Assembly: GCA_964452635.1 (NCBI GenBank)
Contig: CAYVMP010000002.1
Span: 1-58,905 of the forward strand
Direction of reading: 5' to 3'
DNA length: 58,905 nt
DNA from: an uncultured Candidatus Saccharibacteria bacterium
GTDB lineage: Bacteria > Patescibacteriota > Minisyncoccia > Phycocordibacterales > DATDWN01
Below, piece by piece: positions 45,647 through 53,272 of the stretch. Every line of letters begins with the position of its first letter. The first letter of the stretch is position 1. The notes under the pieces were generated by a model. That model worked only from the letters and a program-made list of their open reading frames with translations. It was not told the DNA's origin and ran no database searches. Both the position numbers and the translations under genes were made by a program.

Positions 45647-46213
45647 ATGGCGACTCACATCAAAACAACAAAAGAAAACGTAGAAACAGCTTTTGAGGCT
45701 CTCAAGAAGGATTTTGGATATACAAACAAAATGCAGGCACCACGTCTACAGAAAGTTGTTATATCTGCCGGTGTTGGATCATTTAAAGATAAAAAGAAAA
45801 TCGATCTCGTAGAGGATCGTCTCACTAAAATCACTGGACAGAAACCCGTTCGAAAGGGTGCAAAACAGTCAGTGGCAGCTTTCAAAGTTCGTCAGGGTGA
45901 TCCTGTCGGTATGATGGTTACACTTCGCGGTGCACGAATGTATGATTTCCTTGATCGTCTCATTCACATTGCATTTCCTCGAACCAAGGACTTTCGAGGT
46001 ATCTCAAGTACAGGTATAGATGACATGGGCAACTACACAGTTGGAATTCGTGAGAATACTATTTTCCCTGAATCCTCAGATGAGGATTTGAAAGACGTGT
46101 TCGGTCTTGCGGTTACAGTAGTTACAAATGTAAAAGATAAAAAGGAAACAAAAGCATTTCTTACTCACCTCGGATTTCCGTTTGCAGTTACAACACTTAA
46201 GAAGGGAAGATAG
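45647..46213 (+). CDS. rplE: 50S ribosomal protein L5
   Basis: 188 aa, conserved order and pattern. Confidence 0.96.
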   Translation: MATHIKTTKENVETAFEALKKDFGYTNKMQAPRLQKVVISAGVGSFKDKKKIDLVEDRLTKITGQKPVRKGAKQSVAAFKVRQGDPVGMMVTLRGARMYDFLDRLIHIAFPRTKDFRGISSTGIDDMGNYTVGIRENTIFPESSDEDLKDVFGLAVTVVTNVKDKKETKAFLTHLGFPFAVTTLKKGR

Positions 46214-46320
46214 GTCCCTAGTTTTCATAGGATTGAGCATGATACTCCCCGAAAGGGGATTTTGTGTTCTAATTGACGAAAATTTATTATAATGGTATTA
46301 ATAGGTCGGAGGTTCTCACA

Positions 46321-46797
46321 ATGAGTAGTTTTGAATGTTGGGTGACTGCGGTCATCCTGATCGTTATCTGTGCTTTTTTGATTTGGTTTCTGGTTGTGAG
46401 GAAGATTAATGAGGAAAACCAGAGGCTGAAAGAAGAAAATGAAAGTCTCAGACATAAAACTACCACAGAGTCATTTTTGTGGAATATTTTTTCTGGGTTA
46501 AACCTATTCTTGGACTATATTGACAGGGAAATACCCGTGTCTGTATATTGTACACTTTCTCTTTCGCATGATTCTATAGAGGTATACTGGCAACCTCGCT
46601 TGTCAAAATCTAAAAATCCAGCATCAAAGAATACTATTGTATTGGTGTCTGTGATTAATGATGGGAGTGTTGTACTATCCAGGGGTGAGGTGCAAGAAAA
46701 TTTTTTTGCAATGTCTAATGCTTGGGATATACAACATAGAGTTATGGGAATTATAGATGAATTTTTGAAAGACTATAAAGTATCATGTAGCAGTTAG
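46321..46797 (+). CDS. N-terminally anchored orphan protein, cassette 1 (158 aa)
   Basis: GGAGG 8 nt upstream of the ATG at 46321. TM segment WVTAVILIVICAFLIWFLVV. Distant similarity to the cassette 2 protein. Confidence 0.6.
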   Translation: MSSFECWVTAVILIVICAFLIWFLVVRKINEENQRLKEENESLRHKTTTESFLWNIFSGLNLFLDYIDREIPVSVYCTLSLSHDSIEVYWQPRLSKSKNPASKNTIVLVSVINDGSVVLSRGEVQENFFAMSNAWDIQHRVMGIIDEFLKDYKVSCSS

Positions 46798-46805
46798 GAT
46801 GACGA

Positions 46806-46838
46806 CCAGTGTGCCCCCGAGGGGAGCCCACTGGTTTT
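46806..46838 (+). terminator. Repeated terminator hairpin, copy 1
   Basis: ACCAGTGTGCCCCCGAGGGGAGCCCACTGGTTTT is identical to 47299-47332. Confidence 0.7.
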
Positions 46839-46893
46839 ATTTTATATTGACTCGTATTTTGAATAATGGTAGTAATAGTTCGGAGGTGAGTAT

Positions 46894-47292
46894 ATGTTTT
46901 TTCTCGTGGTTGTCGGTATGTTTACTTTTGTGTTGGGTGTCGTTGTATTGGTACAGGGTATTCATCACAGAAGAAAATTTGTTGTTTTCAACGAGAGACT
47001 AGGTCTCCTATCAACAAGAGATTTAGGTGAACTTTACAAAAGCATTAAAAATTTTGTTGATTCAAACAATCTAACTTCTCAATTGGCAGTCTCGTGTGGT
47101 TTTGAAAGTAACTCAATTGATGTTTGTACTGCTGATTCGGGTAGCAGATTATTTTCTGTGATAATAAATTACTCTAACGGTCATCATATTAAAATTGATG
47201 ATGGTCAGGTAACCGCGTGGGAGATATTCGGAGTAATGGAAGTTTTAGAGATGTGTAAAAGAAAGATTGTTAGTCATCGTGTGCAGGTCTAG
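46894..47292 (+). CDS. N-terminally anchored orphan protein, cassette 2 (132 aa)
   Basis: GGAGG 7 nt upstream. TM segment FFLVVVGMFTFVLGVVVLV. The upstream 45 nt are paralogous to cassette 1. Confidence 0.6.
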   Translation: MFFLVVVGMFTFVLGVVVLVQGIHHRRKFVVFNERLGLLSTRDLGELYKSIKNFVDSNNLTSQLAVSCGFESNSIDVCTADSGSRLFSVIINYSNGHHIKIDDGQVTAWEIFGVMEVLEMCKRKIVSHRVQV

Positions 47293-47299
47293 CAGATAA

Positions 47300-47332
47300 C
47301 CAGTGTGCCCCCGAGGGGAGCCCACTGGTTTT
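47300..47332 (+). terminator. Repeated terminator hairpin, copy 2
   Basis: Same sequence as 46806-46838. Confidence 0.7.
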
Positions 47333-47345
47333 GTTTATTCATTTA

Positions 47346-47374
47346 TTGACTTTTTAGACCCAGTTTGCTATCTT
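47346..47374 (+). promoter_or_regulatory. Putative rpsZ promoter (extended -10)
   Basis: TTGACT, 17-nt spacer, TGcTATCTT. Confidence 0.45.
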
Positions 47375-47415
47375 TATGCGAGCTTGAAAGAGCTAATTTA
47401 TTCTTCATTTATTGC

Positions 47416-47601
47416 ATGGCAAAAACATCAGTTAAAGCACGAGCGGCAAAAACGCCAAAATTTGAGACACGAGCAGTCAATCGGTGCTTTCGATGTGGAC
47501 GAAAACATGGATTTATGCGAGACTTCGGTCTCTGCCGAATCTGTTTTCGGGAGCTTGCCAATGAGGGGAAAATCCCAGGAGTCAAAAAATCATCCTGGTA
47601 A
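47416..47601 (+). CDS. rpsZ: 30S ribosomal protein S14 type Z (zinc-binding, 61 aa)
   Basis: Start at the ATG at 47416 ([10 protein letters not shown]). CFRCGRKHG...CRICFRE four-Cys motif. Confidence 0.95.
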   Translation: MAKTSVKARAAKTPKFETRAVNRCFRCGRKHGFMRDFGLCRICFRELANEGKIPGVKKSSW

Positions 47602-47669
47602 ATCACAAAACGTCACGGAGAGTCAGAATTCTCTCGAAATCTGATACTTCCGCGATATAATACACACAC

Positions 47670-48059
47670 ATGACAGATCCAATCGCAGATATGATTATCC
47701 GAATAAAGAATGCTTCAGATTCAAAGAAAGAATCTGTTGTTTTCCCATATTCTAAACTCAAAATAGCTATTCTTGATGTACTTTTGAAAGAAGGATTCAT
47801 CAAGTCTTTTGGTAAAAAGGGTAAGAAAGTAGTGAAATTCATCGAAGTTGGTTTGGTATACGCTGATGGTGAGCCAAAGATCAAGGGTGTTGACCGAGTA
47901 TCGAAGTCATCAAAGAGAATCTACTACCACGCAAAAGATATTCGTCCAGTCAAGAGTGGTTTTGGAGCACTCATCCTTTCTACACCAAAGGGCATTATGA
48001 CTGATAAAACTGCACGAACAGAAAAGGTTGGTGGTGAGGCACTCTTCAAAATTTGGTAA
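47670..48059 (+). CDS. rpsH: 30S ribosomal protein S8
   Basis: MTDPIADMIIRIKNA start. Confidence 0.97.
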   Translation: MTDPIADMIIRIKNASDSKKESVVFPYSKLKIAILDVLLKEGFIKSFGKKGKKVVKFIEVGLVYADGEPKIKGVDRVSKSSKRIYYHAKDIRPVKSGFGALILSTPKGIMTDKTARTEKVGGEALFKIW

Positions 48060-48070
48060 TTAAAAAATAT

Positions 48071-48604
48071 ATGTCACGAATCGGAAAAAAAGTAATAGCA
48101 ATTCCTGCAAAGACTACAGTTACATACAGTAACGGTATGTTGACTGTTGTAGGACCACTCGGAACTCTTTCTCGAAACTTCAAGTCAGACATTGATATTA
48201 CTATTGCAGATGGGAACATTACACTCAGTCCACGAAGTACTTCAGGGGATACGACTGCATTGTGGGGGACATACGGATCACATATCATCAATATGATTAC
48301 TGGTGTAACGACTCCATACTCAAAGAAAATGATTCTTGAAGGTATTGGATACAAATCAGAAGTAAAGGGAAGTTCTCTCGTTATGGCACTTGGTTTCTCT
48401 CATCCAGTAAATATTGCAATCCCATCTGGTATTACTGTTACAGCAGAGAAAAACGTAATCACAGTGAGTGGTATTGATAAGGAGGCAGTGGGTGCGTTTG
48501 CTGCTCATGTTCGATCACACAAACTCCCTGAACCATACAAAGGCAAAGGGATTCGATATGAGAAGGAGGTTGTTAAGCGTAAACAAGGTAAGAAATCTGC
48601 ATAA
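48071..48604 (+). CDS. rplF: 50S ribosomal protein L6
   Basis: Start at the ATG at 48071 (MSRIGKKVIAIP). Confidence 0.95.
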   Translation: MSRIGKKVIAIPAKTTVTYSNGMLTVVGPLGTLSRNFKSDIDITIADGNITLSPRSTSGDTTALWGTYGSHIINMITGVTTPYSKKMILEGIGYKSEVKGSSLVMALGFSHPVNIAIPSGITVTAEKNVITVSGIDKEAVGAFAAHVRSHKLPEPYKGKGIRYEKEVVKRKQGKKSA

Positions 48605-48609
48605 ACACC

Positions 48610-48957
48610 ATGAAAAAGCTCACAAACAAATCACAAAGAATACGACGTCACGTACGAATTCGATCACGTGTTTCTGGTACTCCAGAAATGCCACGACTTT
48701 CTGTATTCAAGTCAAACAAATACATTTCTGCTCAGCTTATTGATGATACACAGGCAATAACACTTGCATCTGCCCACTCACGTGATATAAAAAAGGGAAC
48801 ACTCCTTGAGAAATCAAAAGTGGTTGGTGAGACGATTGCATCTCTTGCACAAGCAAAGAAAGTCACACATGTTGTATTTGACCGAGGAGGATTTATGTAT
48901 ACAGGATGTGTGAAGGCTGTTGCGGATGGTGCACGTGCTGGAGGGTTGAAATTTTAA
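48610..48957 (+). CDS. rplR: 50S ribosomal protein L18
   Basis: 115 aa. RLSVFKSNKYISAQLIDD motif. Confidence 0.95.
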   Translation: MKKLTNKSQRIRRHVRIRSRVSGTPEMPRLSVFKSNKYISAQLIDDTQAITLASAHSRDIKKGTLLEKSKVVGETIASLAQAKKVTHVVFDRGGFMYTGCVKAVADGARAGGLKF

Positions 48958-48966
48958 ACAATACAC

Positions 48967-49539
48967 ATGGAAACAGAAGAAACTAAAATTGAACAGACAG
49001 CAACACAGCCAACAGCAACACCTGTCGGTGCTACAACAGGTGCAGATTCACAGCGTGAATTTCGAAAGAATACACGAAAATCTGCTCCTCGACGTGAAGC
49101 ACGTGTGAAGCCAGAATTTGATCAGAAAATCATCAGTATTCGCCGTGTAACACGTGTGGTAACTGGAGGACGACGATTTAGTTTTTCAGTTGCTATTGTT
49201 ATCGGTGACCGAAAGGGACGAGTTGGTGCTGGTCTTGGAAAGGCAGGAGATACTCCCGTTGCAATCGACAAGGCAGTTCGAGATGCACGCAAAAATATGA
49301 TTAAGGTCGTAACGACAAAGAAAGGATCAATTCCACATGATGTAGATGCGAAGTTTGGAAGTTCTCGAGTTCTCATCATGCATGCACCGGGTAAGGGTAT
49401 TCTCGCAGGTAGTTCAGTTCGAACAGTGCTCGAGTTCGCTGGCCTCAAAGAGGTGAGTGCAAAGCTATTTTCTCGAAGTAAAAATAAAATCAACAACGCT
49501 AAGGCTGCAATAAAGGCACTTGCGCAGTTGAAGAAATAA
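48967..49539 (+). CDS. rpsE: 30S ribosomal protein S5 (N-terminal extension)
   Basis: IRRVTRVVTGGRRFSF motif. Confidence 0.95.
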   Translation: METEETKIEQTATQPTATPVGATTGADSQREFRKNTRKSAPRREARVKPEFDQKIISIRRVTRVVTGGRRFSFSVAIVIGDRKGRVGAGLGKAGDTPVAIDKAVRDARKNMIKVVTTKKGSIPHDVDAKFGSSRVLIMHAPGKGILAGSSVRTVLEFAGLKEVSAKLFSRSKNKINNAKAAIKALAQLKK

Positions 49540-49549
49540 TATAAAAAAC

Positions 49550-49993
49550 ATGCAAAGTCATACGCTCAAAAGAAAACACGCAAACAAAAAGTCTAAAACA
49601 GTTGGACGCGGGGGAACTCGTGGTAAAACAGCAGGACGAGGTACAAAGGGTCAGAATGCTCGTGCAGGTCACAAGAAGCGACCAGAAATACGAGATTTCA
49701 TCAAGCGTCTCCCAAAACTCCGAGGACGAGGTAAAAATATTAACACAAGTATCCAGAGTGCTTTTGCAGTAGTTAATATTTCAAAGCTCAATACACTATT
49801 CAAAAATGGTGAACAAGTAACACCGCTGACACTTGTTGCACACGATCTCGTCTCACAGGTGTCAGGAACTATTCCTCGTGTTAAAATACTTGGAACAGGT
49901 ACACTTGATAAAAAATTGACTGTATCTGGATGCGCTGTCTCAGCTACAGCAAAGACAGCAATCGAAAAAGCAGGAGGTACAGTTACAGTGTAA
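49550..49993 (+). CDS. rplO: 50S ribosomal protein L15
   Basis: GRGGTRGKTAGRGTKGQ motif. Follows rpsE directly, with no L30 gene between them. Confidence 0.95.
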   Translation: MQSHTLKRKHANKKSKTVGRGGTRGKTAGRGTKGQNARAGHKKRPEIRDFIKRLPKLRGRGKNINTSIQSAFAVVNISKLNTLFKNGEQVTPLTLVAHDLVSQVSGTIPRVKILGTGTLDKKLTVSGCAVSATAKTAIEKAGGTVTV

Positions 49994-50023
49994 TCTGTGA
50001 GGTGTAAATAAAAAGTCGTTTGA

Positions 50024-50145
50024 CATTCTCGTCGAGCACATACTATTTTGGAACATCCCGGAAGGCGTGAAGACCTGAGGGCGAGGAAAATTTTCAGCAG
50101 AAAATTATTCCGTTTCCAAAATGGTATGTGTCGAGAAAGAGAATG
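50024..50145 (+). repeat. Foldback repeat copy C (short core) nested in the GTCGAGAAA-loop hairpin, between rplO and secY
   Basis: Outer stem CATTCTC/GAGAATG. TCGAG at 50032-50036 and 50131-50135. Arms CACATACTATTTTGGAAC / GTTTCCAAAATGGTATGTG with one T-G pair. Confidence 0.85.
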
Positions 50146-50164
50146 GAAAACAGCGATACATATC

Positions 50165-51436
50165 ATGACAAATTTTTTTAATAAACTATCACTCATATTT
50201 CAAGACAAAATTCTCCGCGGACGAGTGTTCTTTACACTTGGTGCACTCATCGTGTTTCGACTTCTTGCAACAATCCCAATCCCAGGTATTGATACAGGCA
50301 GACTTGCACAGTTTCTCTCAGGTAATGAATTTTTTGGATTGCTCAACCTATTCTCTGGAGGAGGTCTCTCTCAGCTATCCATTGTGATGCTCGGTGTTGG
50401 TCCATACATTACATCATCGATTATCATGCAACTCATGACAATCATTTCTCCACGACTCAAGGAGATGTATCAGGAAGAAGGGAACATCGGTCGTCAGAGA
50501 TTTGCTCAATACGGAAGAATACTCGCTGTTCCTATGGCGCTTGTTCAGTCATTTAGTTTTATCAAACTTCTCCAGAGTCAGCAGATTCTCGGTCAGATTT
50601 CACCAACACTTCTTGGTATTAACTTACTTATTATTACTGCGGGATCACTTCTTCTTATGTGGATTGGTGAGTTGATTTCTGAGTATGGTATTGGAAACGG
50701 TGTATCACTTATCATTTTCTCAGGTATCGTTGCAGCTATCCCAACTGAGGTTGGACAGCTTTTGTTTGCCTTTGATAAAGCACAACTTCCTCTCTACCTC
50801 GCATTCGTGGTTGTTGCAGCACTTGTGATCATCGGTGTAGTCATCATCACTGAGGCAGAACGTCCGATTCCTGTTACATATGCAAAACAGGTTCGTGGTA
50901 CTCGTGTGTACGGAGGAACATCAACATATCTTCCACTCCGTATTAACCAAGCAGGTGTGATTCCAATCATTTTTGCACTCTCTATTCTCGTATTCCCACA
51001 GCTCATCTTGCGTTACTTGCAGAACAATAGCATTGTGTTTATTAAAACAGCATCAACAACCATCCTAGCACTGCTCAACAACAGTTGGTTCTACGCTATT
51101 ATGTACTTCCTATTGGTGTTTATCATCACATACTTCTATACAGCAGTGACGTTTGACCCAGATGGTATTTCTAAAAATTTGCAGAAAAATGGTGCGTTCA
51201 TACCCGGAGTACGACCAGGAGTTTCTACATCAGAACACATTGCTCGTATTCTCACTCGTCTCACACTCGTCGGAGCACTTTTCCTCGGTGTTATCGCGGT
51301 GTTGCCCCTCATTATCAAGGGCCTCACAGGTATCACAGCAGTGTCAGTCGGTGGAACAGCTCTCCTCATTGTAGTGTCAGTAGTCATTGACCTCATCAAG
51401 AAAATCGACGCACAAGTATCTATTCGGGAGTATTAG
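50165..51436 (+). CDS. secY: Preprotein translocase subunit SecY
   Basis: Start at the ATG at 50165 (MTNFFNKLSLIF). Ten-TM SecY pattern. The upstream ORF extension is repeat read-through. Confidence 0.95.
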   Translation: MTNFFNKLSLIFQDKILRGRVFFTLGALIVFRLLATIPIPGIDTGRLAQFLSGNEFFGLLNLFSGGGLSQLSIVMLGVGPYITSSIIMQLMTIISPRLKEMYQEEGNIGRQRFAQYGRILAVPMALVQSFSFIKLLQSQQILGQISPTLLGINLLIITAGSLLLMWIGELISEYGIGNGVSLIIFSGIVAAIPTEVGQLLFAFDKAQLPLYLAFVVVAALVIIGVVIITEAERPIPVTYAKQVRGTRVYGGTSTYLPLRINQAGVIPIIFALSILVFPQLILRYLQNNSIVFIKTASTTILALLNNSWFYAIMYFLLVFIITYFYTAVTFDPDGISKNLQKNGAFIPGVRPGVSTSEHIARILTRLTLVGALFLGVIAVLPLIIKGLTGITAVSVGGTALLIVVSVVIDLIKKIDAQVSIREY

Positions 51437-51451
51437 GAAGTAGGGAGAAAT

Positions 51452-51655
51452 AAAAAATCTTTGAACCAATATCTTTCTGGCACATCGCACATAAGGGTAC
51501 ACTTACATCTGATGTACTCATCAGATGAGAATTTAAAAAAATTTTCGAGTGGTGTGGATTGGAGAGGCCCCGGAGCCGACGGGCGAGGACCTGAGGGAAT
51601 TTCGCACCAGCGAAAACCCGTACTCTCCAAGACATACCACGAGAAAATTTTTTTT
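51452..51655 (+). repeat. Composite/degenerate foldback repeat copy E between secY and adk
   Basis: Left end CCAATATCTTTCTGGCACATCGC matches copy F. 3' module CCTGAGGGAATTTCGC-ACCA-GCGAAAACCC matches the family hairpin. Outer AAAAAAT/ATTTTTT pairing. Confidence 0.6.
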
Positions 51656-51676
51656 AAATTTGCTATCATATTACCT

Positions 51677-52276
51677 ATGAATCCTCAAACATTTGTTTTC
51701 ATTGGGCGGTCAGGATGTGGGAAGGGAACACAAGCAGATTTACTCATTAAGTATCTCGAAGGAAAGGATAAAGAAAACCAGATATTTTATCTCGAAACTG
51801 GTCAGCGGTTTCGTGATTTTATTGCTGGGTCTGGATATTCAAACGAACTCGCACGCACTATTCAAAACAGTGGTGGGCTCCAACCATCATTCCTTGCTGT
51901 GTGGATTTGGTCATCAATCATGATTGAGAAGGTATTGCCAAATCAACATATGGTGATTGATGGTACACCACGTAAACTTGGAGAGGCAATTATTTTCACA
52001 GAAGCAATGAAGTTTTATAACAGAAAGCCATTCATTGTATACATGGATGTGTCGCGTTCGTGGTCAGAGAATAGGTTGTCAGAGCGTCATCGGTCTGATG
52101 ATGTGCTCGCTGTCGTGAAGAAACGCCTCGATTGGTTTGATACCGATGTGATCCCAGCAATCGAATATTTCAGAACTCATCCCGATGTAAGTTTCCTAGA
52201 TATAAACGGTGAGCGGGGTATCGAGGAAATTCACGCTGATATCGTTTCTCGTATTTCGGGGTATATTACTCCATAA
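51677..52276 (+). CDS. adk: Adenylate kinase-like nucleoside monophosphate kinase
   Basis: Start at the ATG at 51677. P-loop GRSGCGKGTQ. Conserved position after secY. Confidence 0.85.
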   Translation: MNPQTFVFIGRSGCGKGTQADLLIKYLEGKDKENQIFYLETGQRFRDFIAGSGYSNELARTIQNSGGLQPSFLAVWIWSSIMIEKVLPNQHMVIDGTPRKLGEAIIFTEAMKFYNRKPFIVYMDVSRSWSENRLSERHRSDDVLAVVKKRLDWFDTDVIPAIEYFRTHPDVSFLDINGERGIEEIHADIVSRISGYITP

Positions 52277-52284
52277 CTTTACAC

Positions 52285-53052
52285 ATGATTCGTCTTAAAA
52301 CAAAAGAAGAAATAGAGATTATGAAAGAAGGTGGCAAAAGGCACGCTTTTATTTTGGCTACACTTGCACAGATGGTTCGTCCGGGTATTTCAACACAGGC
52401 ACTCGAAGATAGAGCGCGAGAAATGATTACGGAGGGAGGGGATAGTGCATCATTTCTTAACTACACACCCAAGGGTGCACGTCGACCGTATCCCGCAGCA
52501 CTCTGTGTTTCTATCAATGACAGTATTGTTCATGGAATTCCAAACGAAGAAAGTGTGGTGCTCGAAGAGGGGGATGTGGTAACACTTGATCTCGGACTTA
52601 CTCACGAAGGGCTCATCACCGACAGTGCTATCACAGTACCTGTGGGTGATGTGGGGGACAGGGAGCGCAAACTTATTGCTCACTGTCACGAGGCACTCAT
52701 GATTGGTATTAAAGCAGCTCGTGGTGGGGGGCACGTAGGGGATATTGGGCACGCAATCGAGTCGTTCGTTCGACCTCTTGGGTATGGCATTGCAGAGGGG
52801 CTTGCAGGGCATGGAGTGGGCTATATGGTCCATGAAGACCCCTTTGTTCCTAATGAGGGTAGAAAGGGTGGTGGGGAGCTTCTACGACCGGGAATGGTCA
52901 TTGCTATTGAGCCAATGCTTACTCTCGGTACCTCTCGGACTATCCTTGCTCGAGACGGCTATACATACAAAACAGCAGATGGTTCTACGTCTGCGCACGC
53001 AGAGCATACAATAGCAATTACAGATGGGGATCCTATAATTCTGACAAAATAA
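52285..53052 (+). CDS. map: Type I methionine aminopeptidase
   Basis: Pita-bread metal ligands (DVVTLDLG, GHGVG, IEPM, EHT). Confidence 0.95.
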   Translation: MIRLKTKEEIEIMKEGGKRHAFILATLAQMVRPGISTQALEDRAREMITEGGDSASFLNYTPKGARRPYPAALCVSINDSIVHGIPNEESVVLEEGDVVTLDLGLTHEGLITDSAITVPVGDVGDRERKLIAHCHEALMIGIKAARGGGHVGDIGHAIESFVRPLGYGIAEGLAGHGVGYMVHEDPFVPNEGRKGGGELLRPGMVIAIEPMLTLGTSRTILARDGYTYKTADGSTSAHAEHTIAITDGDPIILTK

Positions 53053-53213
53053 TGGAAGCAATTTTTGCATTACTTCATGGACTGTGGGGAATTATCAGCT
53101 TTGTAATCAAGGTGTGTATTTATGTTTCCTATTTCTTCCCTCTAATCGGTGCACGCCTGCTTCAGTGGGCACACCTATGGCCAACACTGTGGCCTTTTGG
53201 AAATATCTATTAA
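53052..53213 (+). CDS. Possible small Trp-rich membrane peptide (53 aa)
   Basis: ATG overlaps the map stop (TAATG). MEAIFALLHGLWGIISFVIKVCIYVSYFFPLIGARLLQWAHLWPTLWPFGNIY. Below the ORF-track cutoff and unverified. Confidence 0.3.
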   Translation: MEAIFALLHGLWGIISFVIKVCIYVSYFFPLIGARLLQWAHLWPTLWPFGNIY

Positions 53214-53272
53214 ATTACTTAATCTGTTTGGGGTGGGTTGTATCTGTACAATATAATTTGTATTATACAGGC

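Noticed and set aside
46799-47002. 67-aa ORF (and the 113-aa ORF at 47303-47644) beginning MTTSVPPRGAHW / MCPRGEPTGF
   Set aside because: Both start inside the two identical terminator hairpins and overlap better-supported genes (cassette 2 and rpsZ), so they are artefacts of the repeat.
50048-50164. N-terminal extensions in the ORF track for secY (39 aa), adk (72 aa, 51461-51676), the ComEC MBL gene (33 aa, 28590-28688), ndk (63 aa, 53084-53272) and sod (21 aa)
   Set aside because: - The secY, adk, MBL-gene and sod extensions read through the foldback repeats. The shared RKIF.RKLFRFQNG peptide arises from shared DNA.
- Canonical N termini begin at the internal ATGs.
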